A DNA stretch of 64,000 nt, taken from Candidatus Bathyarchaeota archaeon (GTDB taxonomy: Archaea > Thermoproteota > Bathyarchaeia > Bathyarchaeales > Bathycorpusculaceae). Positions 36,029-45,852 of the stretch are shown piece by piece. The position numbers and the translations under genes were made by a program. Where the stretch lies: assembly GCA_963782525.1 (NCBI GenBank), contig CAWAKC010000004.1, positions 117,528 through 181,527 of the forward strand, given 5' to 3'. The notes beneath the pieces were generated by a model. It was not told the DNA's origin and did not search any database. It was given only the letters and a program-made list of their open reading frames with translations. Position 1 is the stretch's first letter. Each line of letters opens with the position of its first letter.

Positions 36029-36400
36029 ATGGAAAACGGCACAGAAACAAAAATTAAGCAAGACCTTCTTGCTGAAATCCAGAATTTAGAGCACAATTAC
36101 GAAATTATAGCGAATTTTACGGCAGGAATAGAATATGACGTCACAGTCATCGGTTCCAGCATACAATCATTCAAAGACAGCTTAAGCCGAGCCAGTGCCT
36201 TCGTCCTTGCCCTATACAACCTAAAGGGCAAACGGGTGAATATTCCATGGGACCCCCTCTTCACAAGCCTAGACTATGCATTAGCAACCTTGACGACGGC
36301 TCCAAAGAAAGCAGCGGTCCAAGCAATCCTATCCATGTCTGAAGCCCAGATGCAACAAGTCATGTCGTACTTCGAAGCGCTAAAAGAATCACTCAAGTAA
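36029..36400 (+). CDS. Hypothetical helical protein
   Basis: 123-aa ATG ORF filling the gap, protein-like composition. Confidence 0.7.
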   Translation: MENGTETKIKQDLLAEIQNLEHNYEIIANFTAGIEYDVTVIGSSIQSFKDSLSRASAFVLALYNLKGKRVNIPWDPLFTSLDYALATLTTAPKKAAVQAILSMSEAQMQQVMSYFEALKESLK

Positions 36401-36450
36401 TCCCCAAGCGGAAAGCTTAATTAAAAAAAACCTTCTCTTTTTTGGTTGTT

Positions 36451-36921
36451 ATGGTTTCTTTATTTGCTGCTCAAGTAGACTTGATTTTGCAAATTTCATT
36501 TTTCGTTTTCTTAATCCTAGGTTTCGCCGTTGAGCGGAAACGCAAAGTCAAGGCACACGCAAATTTAATGTTGGCTGCTGCGGTTGTTTTGAACCTTGTT
36601 TCTTTTGTTGCAATTATGGCTCCTGCTTGGGACAATGTGGGTGAAGGAGGCACGGGCAGTTTATCCACTATAGGGATGCTGCATGTTACGTTTGGCGGTT
36701 TAACGATGCTTTCTAGTCTTTGGGTTTTGGGAACTTGGCTTGTTCCAACGTTTCTCCTGCAAAATTCGAAGCTTCGCTGTTATGGAAAATTTAATAAACG
36801 CATTATGTGGGTTGTTCTGTCTTTGTGGTTGGTTTCTTTAATTATGGGTTTTGTCTTGTACATTATGGTTAATACAACTTGGTTGGGTAGTTTTCCGGTC
36901 GGTTTTGGAAGCGGAAATTAG
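36451..36921 (+). CDS. DUF420-like four-TM membrane protein
   Basis: KVKAHANLMLAAAVVLNL...H...G...W pattern; paralogue at 47973. Confidence 0.6.
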   Translation: MVSLFAAQVDLILQISFFVFLILGFAVERKRKVKAHANLMLAAAVVLNLVSFVAIMAPAWDNVGEGGTGSLSTIGMLHVTFGGLTMLSSLWVLGTWLVPTFLLQNSKLRCYGKFNKRIMWVVLSLWLVSLIMGFVLYIMVNTTWLGSFPVGFGSGN

Positions 36922-36988
36922 ATGCCCATCCAAATAGAGCATTAATCTTTTATTCACTCAGCTTTGATAAGATAGTATTGGTGAAAGT

Positions 36989-37771
36989 TTGGCTAAAACC
37001 AATATGCGCCCTTTTCGTTTTGGAAACATCGTCGCTTTTATTGTTACCTTGGCAATTAACGGTCTAGCAGGCACAACAGTGCTCAATGGTCGATCAACCG
37101 CGCAAGTTTCAGATTTATATGCCAATCCCTTTACACCTGCAGGCTACGTCTTCGCCATCTGGGGAATAATTTACACCCTGCTTGCCGTATTCGTCATTTA
37201 CCAAGTGCTGCCGAAACAGAAAGATAAGCCTTTCCAAAAACAAATTGGCGCCCTTTTCATTCTAAGCGGCATATTCAATGTCGTATGGCTTTTCCTATGG
37301 CAATACGACTACATTTCTGAATCATGTATTCTAATGTTTGCTTTGTTGGCGACTTTAGTGGCAATTTACATTCGGTTAGGTATAGGAAAATCAAGCGTTT
37401 CACTTACGGAAAAGTTGTGTGTACATTTGCCATTTAGTGTTTATTTAGGTTGGATTACGGTGGCTTCAATAGCTAATGTGGCGGCTGCTTTAGTGTCGGT
37501 TAGATCGGGTGGTTTTGGGTTGAGCGCCGAAACATGGGCGATTTTAGCGATGGTTATTGCTTTGGTTGTTACTTTGGTGGTTATTGCTGCTCGACGAGAC
37601 ATAGCTTATAGCCTTGTGGTAGTGTGGGCGCTTGCAGGCATAGCTGTTAAACAGAGTGCTTATCCAAACATTGTTGCGGTCGCAGAAATAGGAATTGTAG
37701 TTATCCTTGTAGTTTTGGCAGTTTCTTTAGTGGTTTGGCGATTTAGGCATAAAACAATTAAAAAGCCCTGA
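36989..37771 (+). CDS. TspO/MBR-related tryptophan-rich membrane protein
   Basis: FTPAGYVFAIWGIIY, NVVWLFLW, PFSVYLGWITVASIAN. Confidence 0.82.
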   Translation: MAKTNMRPFRFGNIVAFIVTLAINGLAGTTVLNGRSTAQVSDLYANPFTPAGYVFAIWGIIYTLLAVFVIYQVLPKQKDKPFQKQIGALFILSGIFNVVWLFLWQYDYISESCILMFALLATLVAIYIRLGIGKSSVSLTEKLCVHLPFSVYLGWITVASIANVAAALVSVRSGGFGLSAETWAILAMVIALVVTLVVIAARRDIAYSLVVVWALAGIAVKQSAYPNIVAVAEIGIVVILVVLAVSLVVWRFRHKTIKKP

Positions 37772-37819
37772 CGGTATGAAGAGTTAAGTACAACGAACCA
37801 AAACATTTGGTGAAGACAA

Positions 37820-38170
37820 ATGGCCTATTTGCGCAACGAAAAAGAAACCGTCGAAGTGGACTATTCACTGGAAAAGATTTGGACAGCAATTCCTGAAGCC
37901 GTCAAAGCTTTGGAATGGACAATCGAAGAAAAAAACGATGAATCTCACAAGATGACAGTGAAAACAAAGGGTGGTTTCATGGCCTACGGTTCAAGCATGG
38001 ATGTTGAAGTTAAATCAGTAGATGAAAACACCACTCGCATATTACTAAATGCTGAAACACCAGTTACAACTATAACCTCGATTATCGATTTTGGCCGAAC
38101 CCGAGATCGCATGGGGCAATTCATAGAAATATTGGCTAGGGTAATGGAAAAAAAGAGTTCTAAAACCTGA
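37820..38170 (+). CDS. Hypothetical alpha/beta protein
   Basis: 116-aa ATG ORF in an operon-like position. Confidence 0.75.
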   Translation: MAYLRNEKETVEVDYSLEKIWTAIPEAVKALEWTIEEKNDESHKMTVKTKGGFMAYGSSMDVEVKSVDENTTRILLNAETPVTTITSIIDFGRTRDRMGQFIEILARVMEKKSSKT

Positions 38171-38214
38171 TTAAGCCAAAAATCTAATATTAGAAGCAAC
38201 CGCTTGATTGCAGT

Positions 38215-39180
38215 ATGATTCGCGTAGTCAACTTGGGAGACAATTCTGAAAGAGAAGTTCAGCCTCAAGGGGTTAAAGACCTATCCATTTTGAATGTTTG
38301 GCTAGAAATAGTTGACCCAACCGAAAACGAATTACTCACAATCTCCGAAAAAACCCAGATACCAGTTAATTTTTTGAGGTTACCCCAAACAAGTGACGTT
38401 GTTAATTTACGTTTAGAACCAGATTACGGAATTATCAATTTTCTTTTTATGCAGGATGTACCGTCAACAAAAAAGGCTTACCCATTAGTGATGGCTTTTT
38501 CAAAGAATTTTCTTGTAACTGTTGCTAAAAAAGAAATCCAACCAATAATAAACACCGCTAAAGAACGGATGAGTAAAACAAAGATTGACCCACCCTCACA
38601 AGTAACATATTTTGTCATAGATGAAATAGTAGCCAACCATTACCTTCAAATCGAAAAACTAGAAAACCTCACTGCAAAGATGGAGGAGGAAGTAGTAGAG
38701 AAGACTTCTTCTGAAATCCTTAAGAAAATATTCAAGCTTAAATCGAATATGATTAGTTTTAACAAGATTTTGTGGTATGAGCGCGGTTTGGTTTTTAATT
38801 TGAAAAAATGCGATGGCTACTGCATGGATAAAAAAGCCCGAGTCTTATTCGACACAACCCATGAGGAGTTGACTCGGCAAGTGGATATAGTGGAGACTTA
38901 CCGGGAAATTCTCTCCGACGCAATAAATGTGCATTTATCTGCCATCTCAAACAAAATTAACTTATCCATCAAGGGCTTAACGGTCGTCATATTCTACTTA
39001 ACCATAGTTACGACGGTTACTTCTTTCCCAAACACTGTGGCCACATTCTTCGGAATCTCACAGTTCGGAAACACGAACATTGCCATTATCAGCGGTGCCA
39101 TTTTGGTATCAATTATTCTGCCGTTTATTTGGTTGTGGAGAAAGAAATGGTTGACTTCAAAGCGGCTCGATTTTGCTTAG
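38215..39180 (+). CDS. corA: CorA/MIT family divalent cation transporter (divergent signature)
   Basis: WLEIVDPT, RLE, long stalk helices, two C-terminal TMs; GIS where GMN is expected. Confidence 0.8.
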   Translation: MIRVVNLGDNSEREVQPQGVKDLSILNVWLEIVDPTENELLTISEKTQIPVNFLRLPQTSDVVNLRLEPDYGIINFLFMQDVPSTKKAYPLVMAFSKNFLVTVAKKEIQPIINTAKERMSKTKIDPPSQVTYFVIDEIVANHYLQIEKLENLTAKMEEEVVEKTSSEILKKIFKLKSNMISFNKILWYERGLVFNLKKCDGYCMDKKARVLFDTTHEELTRQVDIVETYREILSDAINVHLSAISNKINLSIKGLTVVIFYLTIVTTVTSFPNTVATFFGISQFGNTNIAIISGAILVSIILPFIWLWRKKWLTSKRLDFA

Positions 39181-39641
39181 CGCTTTTGGATTGCAGCGTC
39201 GCGGTACATCAGCATGGCCATTACAAAATACAGTTCAAACGCAATCATGAATCCTGTTGCCATCTGAAAAGAGATCAGGTCTTGACTGAAATTAACTGCT
39301 ACAAAACGCAGCCCGCTGACAAAAGCGAATAGCACACCAATGAAACTTACGATTGAAAGAACCCTGTAAACGTTGCTTTTGTGGATGACAAGAGCCAAAT
39401 TTACTATTCCAACAGCAATTATCGCTATGTCCACAAAAAAGTGGCTGGTTAAAGCCAAGTCGCCCCCAGACACTATATAGTTAAGAGCGTTAGTGTACGC
39501 AGTGTTGTCCTGCGGAAAAGTAGTCATCGGAATCATAATCAACAGGTTTTGTGCCATGCCCAAGAAAAACTGAACTGTAAACAAAACAAACAGCACTAAC
39601 AACGATGTCGATAGGGCGCTACGCTCCATTTTAGCTACCAA
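39177..39641 (-). CDS. Four-TM membrane protein
   Basis: Hydrophobic segments; QFFLGM and SH motifs. Confidence 0.7.
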   Translation of the reverse strand: MVAKMERSALSTSLLVLFVLFTVQFFLGMAQNLLIMIPMTTFPQDNTAYTNALNYIVSGGDLALTSHFFVDIAIIAVGIVNLALVIHKSNVYRVLSIVSFIGVLFAFVSGLRFVAVNFSQDLISFQMATGFMIAFELYFVMAMLMYRDAAIQKR

Positions 39642-39719
39642 AACAAGTCCTCACTATATCATAAAGCAGAAAAACTATTTGACTACTCCGGTCAAACTAA
39701 TCAGTACAGCGGCGATTGA

Positions 39720-40157
39720 ATGAGCAAAAAACCACCAACAATCACTTACAAAGGCAGAAGCTTAGGCATTGTTATTTTAACAGTAGCACAACTAATCATC
39801 GGCGCTATCCACGTTTTCTTCGGTTTTCTGCTGCTTGCGTTTGAAAATTTATCATTCATCCAATCCACGCTAATTTATGATTTTTACACAATCATATTTA
39901 GCGTGTTGACGATAGTTTTCACCATATTCATCTGGAATGGAAAAAAGTTGGGGTGGATTGGCACGGTCGCAGTTGCACTATTTGTCATTATAGTAGATTC
40001 TTTGACGCTTCTGAATTTGCCCAGCATCCCCGGGATTCCGAAGTTTGCAGGGTTTGGTGAGATTACATACAGCGTTTTGGTTGTGGGTTACTTGCTTCAG
40101 GTTAGTTTTAGAAGAAAATATTTTATTTCAAGCCAAGATGAAAAATTAAAAAACTAA
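39720..40157 (+). CDS. Four-TM membrane protein
   Basis: RSLGIVILT start, hydrophobic segments. Confidence 0.7.
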   Translation: MSKKPPTITYKGRSLGIVILTVAQLIIGAIHVFFGFLLLAFENLSFIQSTLIYDFYTIIFSVLTIVFTIFIWNGKKLGWIGTVAVALFVIIVDSLTLLNLPSIPGIPKFAGFGEITYSVLVVGYLLQVSFRRKYFISSQDEKLKN

Positions 40158-40163
40158 ACCGCC

Positions 40164-40832
40164 TTATCTGAGGGTAGCATTGTTGGGGTAACCGTGGCTT
40201 TCCCAGTAGCCTAGGTAATTGGGGTTGTCGGTTAGTTCGATTTTGGTTATCCATTTTATCCATTTGTAGCCGTATTCGTTGTCAGCGACCAGTTGGAAGG
40301 GGTAACCGCGTTCAGGCGGAATTTCGAGTCCGTTCATTTTGTAAGCGATAATTATATGATTATTCGCTATATAATCGAGTGGAAGCTCCGTTGAGTAGCC
40401 ATCGGAAGCGTAAAAGATTACAGCGACCGCACTGGAGTTGACGCCCGCTTCCTTAATTAAATCGGTTACAAGGAAGCCTTCCCATAGAATTGTAGCATTC
40501 CAGCCTTCCACACAGTAGAGCGTGTCCACTTTTTGATATTTCTGGAAACCATTAATTACTTGGCCATAAGTGTACTCAATGGTTTTGTTTAATAATCCCG
40601 TTATTGTCAAGCGATAGTCTGAATTGTTGAGGTACTGTGTGCCTTTAATGGCGTTTTCCTTAACGTCCGCAATCGATGCGAGGTTTTGTCCTTGGTAGTT
40701 GCGGATTTCTCCTGGATACAGCATCTTCGGCTGAGTGGAAACGTAGTAATATACTCCTATGAAAACAAGAACCAAGAGCATTATGGTTATGGAAACGGCG
40801 ATTATTTTTCGGTAAAAACTTCTTCTCTCCAT
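40164..40832 (-). CDS. Sulfite oxidase/MsrP-like molybdopterin-binding protein with N-terminal TM anchor
   Basis: YRLTITG, LYCVEGW, DGYSTELP, AYKMNG, RGYPFQLV, GYKWIKW, GYWE. Confidence 0.88.
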   Translation of the reverse strand: MERRSFYRKIIAVSITIMLLVLVFIGVYYYVSTQPKMLYPGEIRNYQGQNLASIADVKENAIKGTQYLNNSDYRLTITGLLNKTIEYTYGQVINGFQKYQKVDTLYCVEGWNATILWEGFLVTDLIKEAGVNSSAVAVIFYASDGYSTELPLDYIANNHIIIAYKMNGLEIPPERGYPFQLVADNEYGYKWIKWITKIELTDNPNYLGYWESHGYPNNATLR

Positions 40833-40956
40833 CCCTATCAACCTTAAAAAATGGAAATAGTGCAAAATTCACTAGAAACAAACACACATGGTACCTAAAA
40901 ACCCAGTGCTCTGAAAACCAAATTAAACCTTCGTCTTTTCAAAGTTGAATTTTTAG

Positions 40957-41367
40957 TTAAGCAGCCTTTTCCCGAATAGTCGCCAAGTAAGAAGGCAAAC
41001 TTTCGATGCAGTTAATTTCTCGACCAACCAACCCCCGCAATTCACGCCAAAAACTCAAGTTTGACTTAATTTTTGTGCGCTCCAAATCCTGCTGCAACCG
41101 CTGAATGCCTTCTTTGCCCCGTCTGTCAAAATCCAAAAGCAGAATAACTTCCTCAGCGCCCAAATGTTCTATTTCTTGGGAAGCTTCAAGGAAGGATTTG
41201 CCGCCTGTTTTCACGGTTAGGATTGCGCCGTTTACCCCCAATTCTTGGAGTGCCTGTACATCTTTCTTTCCTTCAACAACGATAGGGTTGCCTTTTGCAG
41301 ATTCCTCAATTAACTTGGTTAAGACCTGATCGATTTTCTCAAGTTTATCCTTAAGATGCGTCGACAA
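40957..41367 (-). CDS. Small TOPRIM-domain protein
   Basis: IVVEGKKD and LLDFDRRG; true start is likely TTG 41367 (the longer ORF overlaps tyrS). Confidence 0.85.
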   Translation of the reverse strand: MSTHLKDKLEKIDQVLTKLIEESAKGNPIVVEGKKDVQALQELGVNGAILTVKTGGKSFLEASQEIEHLGAEEVILLLDFDRRGKEGIQRLQQDLERTKIKSNLSFWRELRGLVGREINCIESLPSYLATIREKAA

Positions 41368-41371
41368 GCTT

Positions 41372-42460
41372 TTACCTGGTAATTTTAGCTTGGCGAATGG
41401 TTTCCAAGCAGTCTTTGGCTTCAAGGTTGTTTTTGAAGTAGAGTCTGACTGGTTCAAGGATGTCTGCAAGTTGGGTTGCCACGCCGTTTTTAAGGTCCAT
41501 TGGGTGCAGTTTGCCCTCGGAATAGGCGCATTCAAGCTCTTGGAAACTTTGGAAGTCGATGTTGCCGCCGAATTTGGCTGGGCGCTCAATGGTGAAGACC
41601 GATTTTTCGCGGAAAACAATGTACTTGCAAATATCCATGATAGGATTGAATTTTACAGTTCGTTCCGGGCAGAATGCTTTGCTCATTTTCTGCTTGATTT
41701 CTTCGGGTGTATCGTAGATGAAGATGCAAGTGTCTGGTTTACTTTTAGACATTTTTGCGGAAGCAACTGCTTCTCTTTCTTGCCCCTCGGGAATGGGCCA
41801 GATTCCAGGTTTCGCCAACCCCTGCAGTAGATGGTGGTGGACGCAGACTGGTTTCCAGCAGCCGATTTTTTCGCCAATTTCTCTTCCAACCATGTTTGCT
41901 TTCCGCTGGTCCATGCCTAACTGGCAGATTTTGACTTTCATATGGAAAATGTCAGCGACTTGCATAGGTGTGTATAGGTAGTCGCTGACGTAGTGGGCTT
42001 CACCTTCTTTTCTGCCCGCAATTTCAAGAGTTCGGGTTGTGCGTGCTAAAGTGAGGTTTTTGGCGATTATGACAGTTTTTGCCCAGTAATCGATGTCCTT
42101 GTAGAGTTCATCAGAGTAGATAAATTCGATTTTGTCGCCTGGAACACCCAGCGCAAGCCAAGAGTGGCGGAAGAGGTCTGCGGCCTTGCGGATAAGCTCT
42201 CTGTCGCCGCCGAGTTTGTTGTTTAACCATGCATGCCACGTCGCCAAAAACGCCTTGAAATGTATGCCTGCTTCGGCGAAATCTTTCATCTTATAAGCGC
42301 AGATAACGCCCGTTCCCAAATGCGCCAAGCCAGAAGGTTCCCAACCGTTGTAAGCGATGGGATGCTCCTCAGCTTCGAGAAGCGCCCGCAAATCCTCTGT
42401 GGTCACGACTTCTTCGGTGGGCGGTCTACAGATAAGCTCAATTTTCTTCTCTATATCCAA
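41372..42460 (-). CDS. tyrS: Tyrosine--tRNA ligase
   Basis: YNGWEPSGLAHLG, YTPMQVADI, GMDQRKA, KMSKS, LHPMDLK. Confidence 0.96.
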   Translation of the reverse strand: MDIEKKIELICRPPTEEVVTTEDLRALLEAEEHPIAYNGWEPSGLAHLGTGVICAYKMKDFAEAGIHFKAFLATWHAWLNNKLGGDRELIRKAADLFRHSWLALGVPGDKIEFIYSDELYKDIDYWAKTVIIAKNLTLARTTRTLEIAGRKEGEAHYVSDYLYTPMQVADIFHMKVKICQLGMDQRKANMVGREIGEKIGCWKPVCVHHHLLQGLAKPGIWPIPEGQEREAVASAKMSKSKPDTCIFIYDTPEEIKQKMSKAFCPERTVKFNPIMDICKYIVFREKSVFTIERPAKFGGNIDFQSFQELECAYSEGKLHPMDLKNGVATQLADILEPVRLYFKNNLEAKDCLETIRQAKITR

Positions 42461-42573
42461 GACATCTCAACTCAATTGTTAATACCTAAACGATTTCTGG
42501 GGAATTTAAGAATTTAGTCAAGAATACAGAACTTCACATCAATGGGAAGCAATGGGAAAAAGAAAAAAGCGGA

Positions 42574-43176
42574 TTAATGTGTCAACAATAAGAAGTGGGC
42601 TATGCCAGTCAAAATGTATTGGACTGCAATGGCTGCGATTAGGAGCGCCATAACTCTTGCTATGATTACTGAACCTGTTTTGCCCAACAACTTGTAGATC
42701 CCATTGATGTACCTTAGGATAACCCATGTTATCGCCATCACGATTACTACGGCTAAGATTGCTGGAATCGCTGTATCGTCGAGTTGAATACTAAATATGG
42801 TTGTGGTAATGGCGCCGGGACCAACTAACAAGGGAATAGCTATGGGAACTGCCCCTAAACTTTCGGGAGATTCCACGTTTTCATGCATGCTTCCCATAAT
42901 CAAAATTCTAATCGCAATGATAAGTAGCAGAATGCCGCCTGCAACCTCAAAACTGTAGATTGATAAACCAAAAATATTCAGTATTTCTGTCCCTGTAAAA
43001 GCGAAAACAAGCAGGAGGATTGTGCCAACGATGACTGCTGTGTTGTAGACTTTTTTTCTTTTGGATTCGGGCACATTTTCGGTTAAGCCCATGAAGATGG
43101 GGATGTTGCCGAACGGGTCAACTATTATGAATAATGCAATGGCGGCTCTTCCAACTTCTGAAATGAAATCCAACAA
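42574..43176 (-). CDS. MarC family membrane protein
   Basis: IIVDPFGNIP, PIAIPLLVGPGAITT, ARVMALLIAAIAVQ. Confidence 0.92.
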   Translation of the reverse strand: MLDFISEVGRAAIALFIIVDPFGNIPIFMGLTENVPESKRKKVYNTAVIVGTILLLVFAFTGTEILNIFGLSIYSFEVAGGILLLIIAIRILIMGSMHENVESPESLGAVPIAIPLLVGPGAITTTIFSIQLDDTAIPAILAVVIVMAITWVILRYINGIYKLLGKTGSVIIARVMALLIAAIAVQYILTGIAHFLLLTH

Positions 43177-43261
43177 TTATCCCCAATTAACCAGTAAGGG
43201 TCTCGGGTCTGGATAAAAACATAACGGCAACACAAAATAAAAATTCTAAAAGAATAAAAAA

Positions 43262-44170
43262 TTATTTGATTATTTTTTCCCAGCTGGCAACCCGGTCAAG
43301 AACTTCCTGCACTGGTTTTCCGCCGTAACTTTTCAGCCTCTCTCTTAGCTGAGTATCCTCGACCACTGCTTTCTGATAATCCAGCATTTGGCTAGCGCCA
43401 TCGGTCAAGTAGAGGAATCCGTCTGCTCCTGCTCGTGCACAGCGAACATTAACGGTGAGCACTTCAGCGGGGGTAGGCACGTCTTTGGGGTTGTCGCCTG
43501 GACCGTAAACGTATAAGCTGATGTAGAATGGTTTTTTGAGCAGTTTTTTGAAGTTGCGTGTGAGCATTTCAAAATACCATGGTGTAGCGTAATTTTTGCT
43601 AAACATTACAACGTTGAAGGCGTCTGCGTACTTGGCGAAGTCGTCAAAATCTACGCCGTAACGTTCAAGGGAAGTTACTGGGTCGGGTTGGATGCTTAGG
43701 ATTAGTTCTTTTTTGACGACATCCCGGATTTGGCTGACGTATTCGGTGACTTCTTTTCTGCGCCACTCAAACCAGCTAAGACCGCTTTTATGCCATAGTT
43801 CGTTGCATCTTGGGCAGGTGCAATGGTCGTGGTCTGCAAAATACTGGTTGTTTAAGCATATGCCTGGCGATTGCCTATCAACTTCTGCAATGTACTTTAG
43901 CTGTTCTTCTCGGTGTTCGGGTTGGGTAGCGCAGACGACGTCCCAATAGATGTTAAAGTTGGGGTTTCCCATTTTGGCGGGTCCCAGCGGCGACTGAGAA
44001 ATCCAGTCAGGATGATTTTTAACGGCGACGTTGTCGGCGAAGACGGCAATGTTGCTTATCATATCTTTTACGGGGGTTAGTCTTATGCCTGTTTCGAGTT
44101 TTATGCGAAAAACGTGAAAATCAAAGCCTTGGGGTTTTTGAGGTTGAAACGTGAATGAACCAAACTTCAT
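43262..44170 (-). CDS. Hypothetical TIM-barrel protein, glycoside-hydrolase-like
   Basis: HPDW, VCATQPEHRE, CTCPRC, YGVDF, VVMF pattern seen in GHL10-like proteins. Confidence 0.5.
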   Translation of the reverse strand: MKFGSFTFQPQKPQGFDFHVFRIKLETGIRLTPVKDMISNIAVFADNVAVKNHPDWISQSPLGPAKMGNPNFNIYWDVVCATQPEHREEQLKYIAEVDRQSPGICLNNQYFADHDHCTCPRCNELWHKSGLSWFEWRRKEVTEYVSQIRDVVKKELILSIQPDPVTSLERYGVDFDDFAKYADAFNVVMFSKNYATPWYFEMLTRNFKKLLKKPFYISLYVYGPGDNPKDVPTPAEVLTVNVRCARAGADGFLYLTDGASQMLDYQKAVVEDTQLRERLKSYGGKPVQEVLDRVASWEKIIK

Positions 44171-44283
44171 AATCTTGGCGCCTTACCGCAAAGAAGCGGT
44201 TGAGCCGTTATAAGTTTTTTGTGCAAGAGCTATTTTTAGACGATTTTGGACTTGGACCTATTTGCCGATTAACTCTTCCGATT

Positions 44284-45570
44284 TTATCCAATAGGCTTGT
44301 ACCTCAAAATTGCGGCAAAGCCTCCTAAAGCTTTGAGCTGTGCTTTTTCTTCTGATGCCGTAGAAATAACTTCAACGCTTGCGTTTGTTTGCGTCGCTAA
44401 ATCCTCCAGCATGTCGATTATGTCTCTTTCGCTAACCTCGTATGAAACTGCGCTGCATTTTTCGCATGGACTTGTTATCATTTGCTGCACTGTTTGAGTT
44501 TTCTTATCAGCAATCGCTGTTTTGGGATGCCCGCACTTTTTGCATACTGCAACAAGCTCGGCGAAATCTGTGCTATCGGAAACTATTGCAGTTTGAGCTT
44601 CACCTTTCTTAAGTGCCTCTAACACTGAATCCAGCCCATAAGTAGCTAAACCGTCCTGTTTACTGATTGATGTCATTAGGCGCTGTACGATTTTTTTCTC
44701 TTCGGGTCCACACATAGTCTTCAAAATTTCTAAAGATTTGTCTAGTACTTCCTTTAGCGCTTCTTTGCTTGCAGATTGGGTGTCAACCACGTTGAGAAGC
44801 ATGTTGGCTAATTCATAGTGAAGGAAGTCTCCTTTTAGGAAATCGTTCTTTGTTTGGCCCGGTCCCCCAGCTATGAGTACGTTTACTTTGTTTTCAAGGA
44901 ATTCTTTAGCTGCATGTTCCGCAATCCTATGGAAAAACGCTGTGACTGCAGTGTCGCGTTCTCTTTCATATCGCCTTTGGCTTGACCCTCCCTTTCCTGA
45001 TTTGCCCGCTACTCCAGACGAGATGTTTTCCATTTTTTCGATGCGCTCCCCGTTGACTATACCCAAGCTGGCTTGCTTAGAATCCAATGCGAGAATCCCA
45101 ACAATTTTTTGGTCCCGCAGCATTTCTCTTAGAGTTTCTAAGTGGAAATGGTCATCAACCACATACGAGTAGGTGGTAATCGGCTCGGGCGGAATTATCT
45201 CTTCCACGCTTAAAACTTCCTTTGTGGCTCCGTTAGATGGGAATGTTCCAGCAAACAGCGCCAACCCATTCTCTGGAATTTCCTTCTCCTGTTTTAGATG
45301 CGAAATTAAACTCTTAAGAGCGTTTTCAAAGCGTTCCTTGACGCTCTCAGATTCCCTTATCTGCTTATCGGATTCTTCCTTGAGGCTCGCGACTATTTGG
45401 CTCATTGAAACCTTGCTGGGTACGTAGAGTGAAATGAATTCTCTGGCTCTTCCCTTTTGCTGGGATAGGTATGATATTCGCTTTCGGAGCTTATGCTGTT
45501 TTACCGAATTAGAAGTTGCCATTTGACAAGAAGAGAAATGTGTAGCTTTTTCAGTAACCAAATTTGGCAC
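44284..45570 (-). CDS. aRF1 (peptide chain release factor) paralogue with degenerate motifs
   Basis: FISLYVP, NGLALFAG, PPEPI, AGPG, YGLDSV, EVIS...E.AQL..LGGFAAILRY; GGS replaces GGQ. Confidence 0.9.
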   Translation of the reverse strand: MPNLVTEKATHFSSCQMATSNSVKQHKLRKRISYLSQQKGRAREFISLYVPSKVSMSQIVASLKEESDKQIRESESVKERFENALKSLISHLKQEKEIPENGLALFAGTFPSNGATKEVLSVEEIIPPEPITTYSYVVDDHFHLETLREMLRDQKIVGILALDSKQASLGIVNGERIEKMENISSGVAGKSGKGGSSQRRYERERDTAVTAFFHRIAEHAAKEFLENKVNVLIAGGPGQTKNDFLKGDFLHYELANMLLNVVDTQSASKEALKEVLDKSLEILKTMCGPEEKKIVQRLMTSISKQDGLATYGLDSVLEALKKGEAQTAIVSDSTDFAELVAVCKKCGHPKTAIADKKTQTVQQMITSPCEKCSAVSYEVSERDIIDMLEDLATQTNASVEVISTASEEKAQLKALGGFAAILRYKPIG

Positions 45571-45666
45571 CTAAGATAGCAACATCCCGTAATGATTTAT
45601 TGGTTTCCTAAAATTAATCCAGTTAGTTTATATTGCATAACATTGCATGAAACGTCTGAAATTCAC

Positions 45667-45801
45667 ATGCCGAAAAAGAATCAACTGGAAAAAATATGTC
45701 CTGAATGCGAAGAAGAAATGAATCCGGTATATGATAAAAGTAAGGTTCTTATTTGCTGGGAATGCACCGAATGCGGCACACATGTTTCAGCGACTAAATA
45801 A
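45667..45801 (+). CDS. 44-aa zinc-ribbon microprotein
   Basis: MPKKNQLEKICPECEEEM...WECTECG, two CxxC. Confidence 0.65.
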   Translation: MPKKNQLEKICPECEEEMNPVYDKSKVLICWECTECGTHVSATK

Positions 45802-45852
45802 ACTAGAAGAAAAAAGCCTTAACCCCGGCTTCCGAAAATATTGTGTTTTTGC

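Noticed and set aside
40957-41619. 220-aa version of the TOPRIM ORF
   Set aside because: First 84 codons overlap tyrS in another frame; real start near 41367
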